Notes under the pieces: generated by a model
The model's input: only the letters and a program-made list of their open reading frames with translations
Databases searched by the model: none
Told to the model about the DNA's origin: nothing
Position numbers and translations under genes: made by a program
Origin: an uncultured archaeon
GTDB taxonomy: Archaea > Asgardarchaeota > Thorarchaeia > Thorarchaeales > Thorarchaeaceae
DNA: 32,000 nucleotides
Direction of reading: 5' to 3'
Assembly: GCA_964648855.1 (NCBI GenBank)
Contig: CAZYLT010000002.1
Coordinates: forward strand, 30,001 to 62,000
Part shown: piece by piece, positions 1 to 9,641 of the stretch
Position numbering within the stretch: the first letter of the stretch is position 1
How the letters are laid out: each line of letters begins with the position of its first letter

Positions 1-234
1 ATCAATTGGTCGATGAGAATAGGAAAACAACAAAGCTTCTACTGTGATGCATGTACTCTGGTAAACTCAACATGTTCCTGATGATATTGCAGAGGTTGCA
101 TAATTATCTGGCACACCTGTTTCTATAAGAAAACCCTCATTCACAGGAGCTACCCACTCAGCCTGCGGTTGACATGTTGACCCTTTTTATGCCCGTCCTA
201 ATGGACAAACTGCCGGTTTCATTAAGAATGCGGT

Positions 235-480
235 TCCTCTATCTGCACATGCGTCAGAATCCAGCTATCCAAAAACGGCAAGCAGGTGACCGCTTTTATC
301 CCAGGCGACGGCGGCCTCAAGTATATTGACGAACACGACGAGGTCATCATCGAGGGAATCGGTGGAGCCACAGGCGGAGCAATGGGTGATCTGCCGGGTG
401 TCCGGTTCAAAGTGGTGAAGGTAAACGGTGTGGGCTTAGACTCGCTCATCTACGGACGGGCTGAAAAGCCAATCAGGTAG
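235..480 (+). pseudogene. rps12: 5'-truncated 3' part of ribosomal protein uS12 (relic 1)
   Basis: In frame from 250: [76 protein letters not shown], the archaeal uS12 C-terminal half. 235-249 reads SSICT, a degenerate SAIRK. No uS12 N-terminal half upstream within the window. Confidence 0.92.
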
Positions 481-653
481 CCTGGTTATCAATTCAAGTA
501 TTTCATGGCCAGAACAATATGTATGAGCATAAATTCTGTTGTCCGACTATCAGTGTATGAAAAAGTTTCTTGACTGCTTGATAATAGGAGAGTCTCTCTC
601 GCTTCAATATACGAGGAAGTTTAGTTCCCTTAGTAGTTGACATGCATTTGATT

Positions 654-1145
654 TTAACGAGATGTGATGCGTTCTATGATTTTGTGCCCATGGAGTATCA
701 AGCCTAGAAGCGATAGAATACCCCCTGCTATAGTTAAACGGGTATTGAAACCAGTCTTGTCTATTACAATATCCAGCTCGAGATAGTCATCGGTCTTGGC
801 TGTAAAAACAAATGCATAGATATCGGGGGCAGAAATGTCTATCACCTCATTGAAGGATGTCAAATTCTCCTGGACAAGAATCGGTTCAATGATGGAGAGG
901 GACTGGTTCTGCCCCACCGTCTTGTTTGCATCTTCGCCGTAAACAAAGTACAGTGTAAAGCTACCATTTCCGCGCCCGATCTCAAGCTTCACATGAATAT
1001 CCCTATCTGTTGCAAAAATGACTCCGGCCGGGTTTCCCTCTTCCACATGCAGAGTTCTGCTCTCTATGTTCCTTCCGGCAACAATAGATGACAAAAGCGC
1101 AACCAGTCCAATGGTGAGGAGTATTTTTCCAAGTCTTGTGGACAC
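654..1145 (-). CDS. Membrane-anchored hypothetical protein (N- and C-terminal hydrophobic helices), last gene of the ABC operon
   Basis: ORF 654..1187. Likely start GTG at 1145 after a GGAGGTG SD that overlaps the permease end. Two TM segments flank a beta-rich domain. Confidence 0.7.
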   Translation of the reverse strand: MSTRLGKILLTIGLVALLSSIVAGRNIESRTLHVEEGNPAGVIFATDRDIHVKLEIGRGNGSFTLYFVYGEDANKTVGQNQSLSIIEPILVQENLTSFNEVIDISAPDIYAFVFTAKTDDYLELDIVIDKTGFNTRLTIAGGILSLLGLILHGHKIIERITSR

Positions 1146-1149
1146 CCTT

Positions 1150-1929
1150 TCACACCTCCGCTCTTTTGAAGAGATACAGGCTTGCAATGAACAGAGATAT
1201 TGAGAACCCTAATGCTGTAACCAGCCCCAGAAATACATCTCCTGAAGATGCTGCGCCAGGCAGATCCCGGAGGTGTTCTGTCGCCGCCCGTAGTGGATTC
1301 ATAACTGAGAGTAATAGCGGTGACACATCTGGGCTCCCGAGAAAGAGATTCACTATCAACCAAAAACCGATGCCAAAGAGAGATGCAATCGAGAGGCGTT
1401 TGAAGAAGACAGCTATTACTGCACATACTGCCGCCTGAAGTGCAACCGTCACCCACAGGGAAACAAGTGTAAGACTCAACTCGTAAACAGAAGGAAATCC
1501 GGGATATACGGAAACCACGGCAAACAGAAATGCACCTGAGAGCGTCCCAGCTGGTATTAGAATCGCAAACAAAGTTTTGTTCAATAATACTGACGTTCGT
1601 CTGATAGGATAGGTGATTAATGACCTCATGTATCCGTCTTCGAAGGGTTTTGCAATGGAGAGAGCAGCTAGTAAGGGCACTAAGATTGCCAGCCATGATG
1701 AAAAGACTCCCACCCCATAGAAGATTCTACTAGGAATCAATCCATCCAAGATGATGTTGATTCTGTCAATTTGTCCAACCCCAAATGGCATTGCGGTCCA
1801 ACCACCCGTTGTGTTCCAAACGATTACAAAGAAGAAGATGGCAACAAGTCCCTCAAGCATGGGAAACCGATAGGTGATATTGAGTTCAATGCGTGCCAGA
1901 CGAATGACGTTACTCAGTCTGTTCTTCAT
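1150..1929 (-). CDS. ABC-2 type transporter permease
   Basis: About 6 TM helices and motif FEDGYMRSLITYPIRRTSVLLNK typical of ABC-2 permeases. ATGA overlap with the ATPase. Confidence 0.88.
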   Translation of the reverse strand: MKNRLSNVIRLARIELNITYRFPMLEGLVAIFFFVIVWNTTGGWTAMPFGVGQIDRINIILDGLIPSRIFYGVGVFSSWLAILVPLLAALSIAKPFEDGYMRSLITYPIRRTSVLLNKTLFAILIPAGTLSGAFLFAVVSVYPGFPSVYELSLTLVSLWVTVALQAAVCAVIAVFFKRLSIASLFGIGFWLIVNLFLGSPDVSPLLLSVMNPLRAATEHLRDLPGAASSGDVFLGLVTALGFSISLFIASLYLFKRAEV

Positions 1930-2894
1930 GTGATCACATCCCAGAAGGCGTCCTCCAGAGTTGCAGCCCGCTCCATGCTGTATAATTCTACGCTCAACGA
2001 CTGTGCTGTTGCCTGTATCTTGCCACGGACCTTTGTTGAATCACCCGTGACTGTGATTGAGACTGTATTAGGGCCTTGACTTCTCACACTGGTTACGCCT
2101 GTAATCTCCCGTAACTTAGATACTATCTTACTTGAGTCAGAGCACAAGATACGATATCGATTGCCGGTGTGCTTCCTAATGACTTCTAGTGTTTTGCCTT
2201 GCTCGACTATCTTTCCACGATGTATGAAGGCAACATGGGTGCAGGCCTTTTCCAGTTCTGAGAGAATGTGTGATGATATCATAAATGAAACCCCTGATTC
2301 TCTATGCAACTGCACAATCTGGTTCAGAATCTCCTCCCGCCCCGGTACATCCAAATTAGCCGTTGGCTCATCCAAGAAAACCAGTTCTCCATCAGCCGCG
2401 AGGGCGAGAGCAATGCCCATTCGTTGTCGCATCCCTGCTGAGAAGTCACCTATCTTGCGATGGGCAGCATGGCCTAGCCCCACCATGGAGAGCAACCGAT
2501 TAGGATCCTTGTCACTCTCATAGATTCCAATAACTTCAGATAGGTATTGGTGCGCACTCATATGAACAGGTAGGGAAAGATTCTCGTGCAATACGCCGAC
2601 CCGTTTCCGTATCTCCAATGACTTTTTTTGAGCATCAAGGCCGAATACATGAGCCGAGCCAGCAGTTGGTTGGATTAGCCCGAGGAGAATACTGATCAAA
2701 GTGGTTTTTCCTGCTCCATTCGGCCCTATCAATCCAAAGATGCCAGGTTCAATCGCTAGATCCAATCCATCAAGAGCTCTAATGGAACCGAAGTTTTTGA
2801 CAATTCCGTGAATATCTATGAGAATAGTCCCAACCAATGAAGGGTTTTCCTCCTGTTTATCAGTACAAATGAAATCAGTGTCACTCAAATCCAT
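1926..2894 (-). CDS. ABC exporter ATP-binding subunit
   Basis: Walker A GPNGAGKTT, signature FSAGMRQR, Walker B VFLDEPT, H-loop SSH. Confidence 0.95.
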   Translation of the reverse strand: MDLSDTDFICTDKQEENPSLVGTILIDIHGIVKNFGSIRALDGLDLAIEPGIFGLIGPNGAGKTTLISILLGLIQPTAGSAHVFGLDAQKKSLEIRKRVGVLHENLSLPVHMSAHQYLSEVIGIYESDKDPNRLLSMVGLGHAAHRKIGDFSAGMRQRMGIALALAADGELVFLDEPTANLDVPGREEILNQIVQLHRESGVSFMISSHILSELEKACTHVAFIHRGKIVEQGKTLEVIRKHTGNRYRILCSDSSKIVSKLREITGVTSVRSQGPNTVSITVTGDSTKVRGKIQATAQSLSVELYSMERAATLEDAFWDVIT

Positions 2895-2912
2895 GTTACT
2901 TACTCCACGACC

Positions 2913-3467
2913 TCACGGACCTGTTATATGTGCTTCCAAAGTTACATCTCCTACATACCATCCCAAGTAGTAAACAGATACCCTGTACTTTGTATAGACG
3001 TCGTTGTATATATCGTAGTAATAACGATATGTTCCAAGGGACGTCTTTATTTCATCGTATCTAGAATCACCTTGACATCGGAGAGATACAGAGCCCAAAG
3101 TATGACCGGCTATAAGGTCAACATATCCATAGTGTTTCTCTTGATGGAAATAGTTACTGCCTGTTGTATAATATCCCGTCACACTACAATAGAAATACCC
3201 ACTCATTCCACTTGCATCATCGGAATCGAATTTGTTGTCGGCTAATGAGAACTCTTGTGCTGGAATGAACTCAGCATTTATTTCATACAAGAAACTACTG
3301 GGGCCAATGTAATGAGTTTGCGTTATTAGCGATCCATTTACAAGCTGAGCTTCAATAGAAAGCTCAAATTGGTTGTCCTCAGTAATTCTTGTTGAGCCAC
3401 TTAAGTATACAGGAAACACAAATATCGTTAATATGAGAAATGAAAATAGTAGTATTTTGAACCTCAA
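2913..3467 (-). CDS. Secreted Tyr-rich hypothetical protein (paralog of 3616..4182)
   Basis: N-terminal signal/TM peptide. Shares A.F.P..EF...D...D.D..SG.SG.F...VTGYY..G..YF..E.H with the neighbouring gene. Confidence 0.78.
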   Translation of the reverse strand: MRFKILLFSFLILTIFVFPVYLSGSTRITEDNQFELSIEAQLVNGSLITQTHYIGPSSFLYEINAEFIPAQEFSLADNKFDSDDASGMSGYFYCSVTGYYTTGSNYFHQEKHYGYVDLIAGHTLGSVSLRCQGDSRYDEIKTSLGTYRYYYDIYNDVYTKYRVSVYYLGWYVGDVTLEAHITGP

Positions 3468-3615
3468 CTTACTTTCCTCCCAGCATTCTAATTAATGCCT
3501 TAAAAAGGCGTATAGTTGTTTCGCTATATAAATTCACCGAGAGTTTTTGGCTAGACGACAATCAGTAATAGATAAGAAGGGTCATATTGAATGACCCTGT
3601 CCTGTTCGATAGATT

Positions 3616-4182
3616 TCAAGGAGGTTCTACATATGCCAGCAGAAAAATATCTCCAACATAGATGAATCCATAATAGATGTCAGCGCTCATAGTTGTTCGT
3701 GCATAGTCGGTTACTGCGTCATAATAAGTCCAACTGCCCACTTCGTCATATGTATCATCATATTTTCCACTCCTACATCCGACAACGAGATTTGTTGCAC
3801 TATGGCCCGGTGCCAACGACATAACGGCCTCGTGGTATTCCTTGTAAAAGTAATGGTAACCATTTCTATAATAGCCTGTTACAATTACATTGAAGGAACC
3901 TGATGAACCACTTTCTGGATCTTCGTCAGAAGTTGAATCACTAACTATGAATTCTTTATTTGGAGTGAATAGCGCATCCACATAAACTTTGGAAGACTCA
4001 ACTCCCACTGTTTTCAAATTATAATGCATCTTGCCATCATCTATTTTGCAAGAGATAATTATAGAAACTTTCTCAATATGATTATTGCTTTGTACAAAAG
4101 GAAAGACCAAAGATGGCATGATAAAAAAGACAAATACTAGAAGAACTGATTGTTTTTTGGTTAACAGCATCTCTCCCATCAC
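3616..4182 (-). CDS. Secreted Tyr-rich hypothetical protein (paralog of 2913..3467)
   Basis: Signal-like N-terminus, collinear similarity to 2913..3467, AT-rich. Confidence 0.78.
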   Translation of the reverse strand: MMGEMLLTKKQSVLLVFVFFIMPSLVFPFVQSNNHIEKVSIIISCKIDDGKMHYNLKTVGVESSKVYVDALFTPNKEFIVSDSTSDEDPESGSSGSFNVIVTGYYRNGYHYFYKEYHEAVMSLAPGHSATNLVVGCRSGKYDDTYDEVGSWTYYDAVTDYARTTMSADIYYGFIYVGDIFLLAYVEPP

Positions 4183-4848
4183 CTAAACGTGGTTGAAAAC
4201 CACATCACAGTATTCTCCCCCATTATATTTAAACATTTATAGAAATACATTTCCAAATAAAAATTTGATGTAACCTAGATGTGCCGTACAATTGATTAGC
4301 CTTTTTGCATTGTAACAAGACGACATATTCCGACTTTCTTCCAATCTTTATGCTATTAAGAACAAGAGATTGTTAGCAGGTTTTGCTGAATAGCTATGAG
4401 ATAAAATCTCTCAACACCTCTTGACAAGTAATTATATCATAAATATCTCTCATTCTTGGTGGACCTTTATCTTCTGCTCATCAAAAGCAAATCTATTTTC
4501 ATTATACGGTTGATGGTATGACAAAAGGAGAACTCGAATACTTTGAGATACTATCCCTCAATTTACCAACTATGATATCCCTTTGTATCTGGATTATTTT
4601 TTCAATGCATCATAATCTAGGTACTCCAAAGCATATCTATTGACTCAACCTAACTATGCATTTCAGACGTTGAGTTCAATTCCTTTAGAGCTGATATCAA
4701 AGGGGATGATATTCATCGAGTGCATGGGCCCTCGCATCTTGACGATTCTCAACCGCCGTTCTACTGAGCCTTCAATTCTCTCGTACAATAGTTTGATAAT
4801 TTCATGACAGGCACGTTCAAGCTCAGAGGGACTATGCGATGAGATGCG

Positions 4849-5046
4849 AAAAACGGCAAGCAGGTGACTGCTTTCATCCCAGGCGACGGTGGACTAAAGT
4901 ACATAGATGGGCATGATGAAGTCATCATCGAGGGAATCGGTGGAGCAATGGGTGACCTGCCAGGCGTGCGTTTCAAAGTGGTGAAGGTGAACGGCGTCGG
5001 CCTTGAGTCTCTTATCTACGCTAGAGCGGAGAAGCCAATCAGGTAG
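4849..5046 (+). pseudogene. rps12: 5'-truncated 3' part of uS12 (relic 2) with a 12-nt in-frame deletion
   Basis: [65 protein letters not shown]. Homology starts abruptly at 4849. The deletion lies between GGAGC microrepeats. Confidence 0.92.
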
Positions 5047-5073
5047 AAGACCAGATGAATCACAGTTCACCGA

Positions 5074-5379
5074 CTATAGCCTGTCGTAATCTGTTGCGTC
5101 GATGATGATTGCCCGGACAGTGGTTGGCAGGGATTCCTCTGAATCTGGTTGTTGGTACATCATGGAACGTCTTGCCCCACGAGACAGGTAGTCCTCCAGT
5201 TCCTCCTCATTGAATAGGCCCACTTTTACGGCCCGCTTTGTACTACTCTCCTTCAATTTAAGAACCACATTTTCGCCATTCTTTCGCATCTCTTCGACCC
5301 GTCTGACTGCTTCCCGGATCTCTTCCCAGGTTGTATACTCCTTTCCATCAATCGCCTCTTCCACTTTCACTTTGACCAT
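5074..5379 (-). CDS. Small hypothetical protein, TTWEEIRE family (homolog of 14800..15111)
   Basis: 101 aa, aligns over most of its length with 14800..15111. AT-rich TATA-like element about 25-30 nt upstream of the ATG. Confidence 0.82.
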   Translation of the reverse strand: MVKVKVEEAIDGKEYTTWEEIREAVRRVEEMRKNGENVVLKLKESSTKRAVKVGLFNEEELEDYLSRGARRSMMYQQPDSEESLPTTVRAIIIDATDYDRL

Positions 5380-5638
5380 CCTAATCGAGAGTATGAGAAA
5401 GATAATAACTCTCTTTCCCTTTAGTAATCAATTCGCTGGTCCCACAGAAAAAGACCCTGCTAACTAGAGCACATTGAGATCGTATTCTAAAATAATCTGT
5501 AGAAGATACTAAAGCGCGTCGAAAGAATTATTGGTCCCGAAAATTATATCTTATTATCGTTATGAGGATGTGGAATTGGGCGTGATTAAAGATGGCACTC
5601 AGAACGGGCAATGCTCGCTCATTGATGGAGTTGATTGA

Positions 5639-6070
5639 ATGAAGCGAAAAGTGGAAATCTCTGCTGAAGAAATGGAAAAAAGAGCATACGGGTGGCTAGA
5701 GATTTCAGACCTCGGCAAAATACGTCTTCCATCAGAACTCATTCATGACTACAAATTGGAGGTCGGAGAATGGTTTCAAATACAAACAATAAATCAACCC
5801 ATAGGTAAAGCAATCGTTTTGCTTTGGAAAGTCCCAGAAACTGGACCGGGGTCAGAGGTTTATCCATGGGGTGGTTTCCTTTTTCCGGACGAAACTGTGA
5901 TGATACTCCTTCCTTTTATGCTATCACTGAACCTATTTCCGGGCGATAAGCTGCTCGTGATGAAGAAAACTCAAATTGCCGCGATTGATATCATACCGTT
6001 TTGGGCAAGCGGAGTATTCTATGATATTGCCAAAAAATCATCGAATATACCAACGTTTACCTGCCAATGA
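5639..6070 (+). CDS. AbrB/MraZ-like swapped-hairpin DNA-binding protein, probably two repeats
   Basis: YGWLEISDLGKIRLPSELIHDYKLEVGE and a second repeat ..LNLFPGDKLLVMK match the AbrB pattern. Confidence 0.65.
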   Translation: MKRKVEISAEEMEKRAYGWLEISDLGKIRLPSELIHDYKLEVGEWFQIQTINQPIGKAIVLLWKVPETGPGSEVYPWGGFLFPDETVMILLPFMLSLNLFPGDKLLVMKKTQIAAIDIIPFWASGVFYDIAKKSSNIPTFTCQ

Positions 6071-6205
6071 ACGCAGAATACGTGGATGCTAGCACCTTTG
6101 ACAAATTTTCGTTTCCAGTTCATTCCAAAAGCTTTAAACAATGATAGCACCGTGCCGAATTGATACGCTTTGAAATTTAGTACCGAGCTTAACAGTACAT
6201 ATGCG

Positions 6206-6274
6206 GTCGTCAAAACAAACGGCACCACATTAGACTTGTTGATATGCGGCAGAGCCGAGAAGCCAATCAGATAG
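6206..6274 (+). pseudogene. rps12: Degenerate extreme 3' end of uS12 (relic 3), directly abutting rps7
   Basis: [22 protein letters not shown] versus [22 protein letters not shown]. The stop TAG at 6272-6274 overlaps the AGGTG SD of rps7, as in the canonical rps12-rps7 junction. Confidence 0.85.
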
Positions 6275-6283
6275 GTGTTAGAG

Positions 6284-6973
6284 ATGTCAGAAGACGAGAA
6301 GACAGAGGCAGAAACCGAGGTTCCTGAGGAAGAGGATGCCGTTGAGGAAGAGAAAGAACCTGAGAAGCCACATATTCTCCCTGATTTACTATTATTCAAC
6401 AAATGGGACTCTACCGCAGTGGAGTTGAAAGACCCCGGGCTTGTGAGATATATCTCCTTAAAACCCGTGATTATTCCACACACTTCTGGTAGACATGCCC
6501 GAAAACGGTTCCATAAGAGCGATGTTCCCATCGTGGAGCGATTCGTTAACAAACTGTTGAATGCCGGTACTCGGAAAGAGAAGAGGAATCGTGCCGGACG
6601 TAATGCTGGTAAGAAGACAATGATCATCGGTACGTTGAAGCGAGCCTTTGAGATGATTGATTACCGAACAGGACTCAATCCTATCCAAGTACTCGTCACT
6701 GCTATCGAGAATGCTGCTCCAGCAGAGGAGACCACTAGGATATCCTATGGTGGTATGGCTTATCCGCGTTCGGTGGATGTTGCACCGCAGCGAAGGATAG
6801 ACCTAGCACTGAAGTATCTGTCAGTGGCAGCAGCACGAAACTCTCACAAGAGCGCCAAGACTTTTGAGGAGTGCATTGTAGACGAACTACTGCTCGCTTA
6901 CAAGAATGACTCAGGTAGTTTCGCTATCTCCAGAAAGGAAGAGCGCGAGAGAGTGGCACGCTCAGCACGATAA
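6284..6973 (+). CDS. rps7: 30S ribosomal protein uS7, with an acidic N-terminal extension
   Basis: PHTSGRH..RFHKSDVPIVER, NPIQVLVTAIENAAP.EETTRI, VDVAPQRRID, KEERERVARSAR. ATG 6284 is preferred over GTG 6275 by SD spacing. Confidence 0.97.
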   Translation: MSEDEKTEAETEVPEEEDAVEEEKEPEKPHILPDLLLFNKWDSTAVELKDPGLVRYISLKPVIIPHTSGRHARKRFHKSDVPIVERFVNKLLNAGTRKEKRNRAGRNAGKKTMIIGTLKRAFEMIDYRTGLNPIQVLVTAIENAAPAEETTRISYGGMAYPRSVDVAPQRRIDLALKYLSVAAARNSHKSAKTFEECIVDELLLAYKNDSGSFAISRKEERERVARSAR

Positions 6974-6983
6974 TCACAGTTGA

Positions 6984-7002
6984 GCACGGGTATTTCCCGT
7001 GC
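6984..7002 (+). terminator. Hairpin after rps7
   Basis: GCACGGG-tattt-CCCGTGC about 10 nt after the stop. Confidence 0.5.
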
Positions 7003-7119
7003 AATCATAATCTGATTTCTAGTCTATTATCTTAACATACTTTCGATTGTTTATCATAGGGCAAGACGGAGGCAAAAGACGAATAACTATGAACAACTCC
7101 ACGCAGAGCTTGAACTACA

Positions 7120-7656
7120 ATGACTAAACAAGCTCTTATCGCCTATGGAACACGATACGGCTCCACTGCAGAAGTAGCAGAACGCATTGGGGAAGCTCTC
7201 TCCGAAAAAGGTCTGACTGTAACAGTACTCAATACTAAAGAAGAGAGTGCGCCGACAAATCTTATTGATTTTGATCTCGTGATTGTAGGCAGTGGGATCC
7301 TTGCCGGGAGATGGACCAAAGAACCCATTGAGTTTTTGAAAGAAAACAAGAGTGTTCTGGCAGACAAGGATGTTGCTCTCTTTGTAGTATGTGCATATGC
7401 GGCTAATCCAAAAACGCGTGATGACGCCTTCCAGAATTACCTTGTGGATGTTGGAAGGGACCTGGATTCTATTACACCAATCTCTCTAGGATTCTTTGGC
7501 GGAGTCATAGATTTTAGTAAGTACAATTTCGCTGTCAGAGCTCTGATGAAACGGATGGTCAAGTCCACTACGGGCGATGAAGAGGTCTCCGAATTTATGG
7601 ATTTGCGGGACTGGGAGAAAATAGAAAGCTGGGCCAAGTCACTTGTTACAGAATAG
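7120..7656 (+). CDS. Flavodoxin-domain protein (HemG-like)
   Basis: YGTRYGSTAEVAERI FMN-binding loop, DLVIVGSGI, DLRDWEKIESWA. Confidence 0.9.
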   Translation: MTKQALIAYGTRYGSTAEVAERIGEALSEKGLTVTVLNTKEESAPTNLIDFDLVIVGSGILAGRWTKEPIEFLKENKSVLADKDVALFVVCAYAANPKTRDDAFQNYLVDVGRDLDSITPISLGFFGGVIDFSKYNFAVRALMKRMVKSTTGDEEVSEFMDLRDWEKIESWAKSLVTE

Positions 7657-7663
7657 CCAGCCC

Positions 7664-8116
7664 ATGCGGCATTCCAAAGAAACTCTCTTGAAACAATTCA
7701 AGCACAACTCGGATATGCCTGATTATGATCGCCTTGAGCGGGATGCCAAGAAGGATGTGGAAACTGCACTTGATATCTGGTCTGATATTTTACAACATAG
7801 AATCGAGGTCAATGTGCAGTGTACCTAAGCCAAGGGCTCTTGTGTCAAACCATGGGACTCGCCGGCGCCAATTCGGCTCTTGAATCAAACCTCAGACAAT
7901 CCTATTGAAACATGGGCATGGAATCGATCAAGAATCATAGGCGAACTCGAAGCTCAAAATCATCATCAATTAGCCAATCTCTATACTAGGTTCTATATGT
8001 CGTCTTGGACCCTCTTTCTCACCAAGTTCTCGGATCTCCAAGCCTTCAGAGAAGTTGTGCGTAGCGGTTATTACTTGCTACAAAGGTGTATCCAAGAGAT
8101 GAAACAACCCTCTTAA
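7664..8116 (+). pseudogene. Disrupted gene, possibly of nucleotidyltransferase-like fold
   Basis: The frame continues past TAA 7826-7828 as AKGSCVKPWDSP, resembling the hG-S start of minimal nucleotidyltransferases. It then shifts into the helical ORF 7880..8116. Confidence 0.45.
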
Positions 8117-8155
8117 TACAGGAGATGGTGCATCCTCTAGGAACGGAATGGGCAA

Positions 8156-9085
8156 ATGAAAGTCAACAGGAGAGCTTTGGCTTGGCTAGCAATCTTATTT
8201 ACAACGATTGTATGGGCATCATCTTTGATTCTTGCAAAGATTATCTATCCTACAATCACACCTATTCTCTTTGTGGCTCTTCGATATACTCTGGCTCTTC
8301 CATTCCTCTTTCTTCTACTCATCTTCAAGAAAGATGATGTCAAGGTCCCCCAGTCCACCAAATGGAGCGTCATAATAATTGTTGGTCTAGCTGGGCCATT
8401 TCTTTCACAAGTTCTTCAATACATAGGATTGAGTCTGACTTCTGCATCAGAAACTCTGCTCCTCCTAAATCTAAGTCCGGTCTTTGCCGTTATCCTTGCA
8501 GCACCTCTAATTGGCGAAGAAATCACTCTTCAAAAACTGGTTGGGTTGATACTGGCAGTTTCTGGAGCGACTCTTATTGTGATTGGAAATCTTGATTTTC
8601 AGATTGTTAGCTATGGCAGAATACTTGGAGATTTCATTATCGTAGTATCTACTCTTCTTTTTGCTATCAATGGCATTGCTGGAAAGGTCGCAATCAAGAC
8701 CTCCGGTTCGTTATCAGTAACTTTCTACAGCACGCTAGTGGCCGTCCCATTTATCTGGCTGTCTGCATTCTTACTAGAAGACATCACAATCCTATTTTCT
8801 ACTCCCATTTATGTCTGGATTATCATCTTCTGGGTCGCAATTGTGAACACCGTCATCGCATTTCTGTTCTATTACGAGTCCATGAAATACATCGAGGCAT
8901 CAAGAGTCCAGATAGCGTTGAGCCTAATCGCCGTCTGGGGTGTTATCATGTCATCTATCTTTCTTGGAGAATCAATCACCTTTCCACAGATATTTGGAGG
9001 CATTGCAACTATTCTTGGCGTGATAGTAGTCCAGCGCAGAGGACGTCAAGAACAAACCATACGACCTGTCCAACCTCCCTCATGA
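8156..9085 (+). CDS. DMT/EamA family transporter
   Basis: 10 TM helices in two EamA repeats (TIVWAS, ALRY, NLSPVFAVILA..IGE, FLGE). Confidence 0.93.
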   Translation: MKVNRRALAWLAILFTTIVWASSLILAKIIYPTITPILFVALRYTLALPFLFLLLIFKKDDVKVPQSTKWSVIIIVGLAGPFLSQVLQYIGLSLTSASETLLLLNLSPVFAVILAAPLIGEEITLQKLVGLILAVSGATLIVIGNLDFQIVSYGRILGDFIIVVSTLLFAINGIAGKVAIKTSGSLSVTFYSTLVAVPFIWLSAFLLEDITILFSTPIYVWIIIFWVAIVNTVIAFLFYYESMKYIEASRVQIALSLIAVWGVIMSSIFLGESITFPQIFGGIATILGVIVVQRRGRQEQTIRPVQPPS

Positions 9086-9641
9086 GCCTGTTTTTTTCCC
9101 TCTCGGTGGTAACAATTTGTGACCTATTTGCGTGACCCTGAAACGTGGCTTTGCATTATATACTAACCTTGTTCACTATTTCTTAGAAACAAAATGGCTC
9201 TAACATCCAACAACAGAGTTGTACACGAGAAGAAGAACACCACAAGAAAGGTCCAGTCAATTGATGCGCTGACCTATGCATACCAATACACTGTGAGGTG
9301 AAAACAAAAATGGCACTGGCTAAGGAAACCAAAACTAAGTATCCCAAGAAATCCCAATCTACAGAGGCAATCACTCAAGCTTACTTCAGGAGATAGAATC
9401 CAATGATTCGTCACAAGATATTCGCTGATATATCTGAAGAGTTACTCTCTGAATTATCCCACAATGATGACGAATTAGCTGTCGAAGAAGTGCTTGCGTT
9501 GGAAGCAACGTGAGCACATTCCTCCTTTTTCCAACTATCTGTCTAATATCACATATCCAATTTCTTATTGCATAAGTATAATCTTTCTGTGGATATTCGA
9601 CATGCTTATTGAAGGAGTCTAGTAAGAACAGATCGAATCCA

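Noticed and set aside
286-5046. Calling ORFs 286..480 and 4864..5046 functional rps12 paralogs
   Set aside because: Both lack the N-terminal half. Their GTG starts are internal Val codons, homology extends upstream of them, and one has a deletion in a conserved loop.
9183-9374. Short hydrophobic minus-strand ORF, possibly an EamA-like remnant
   Set aside because: Too short and degenerate to support a call.
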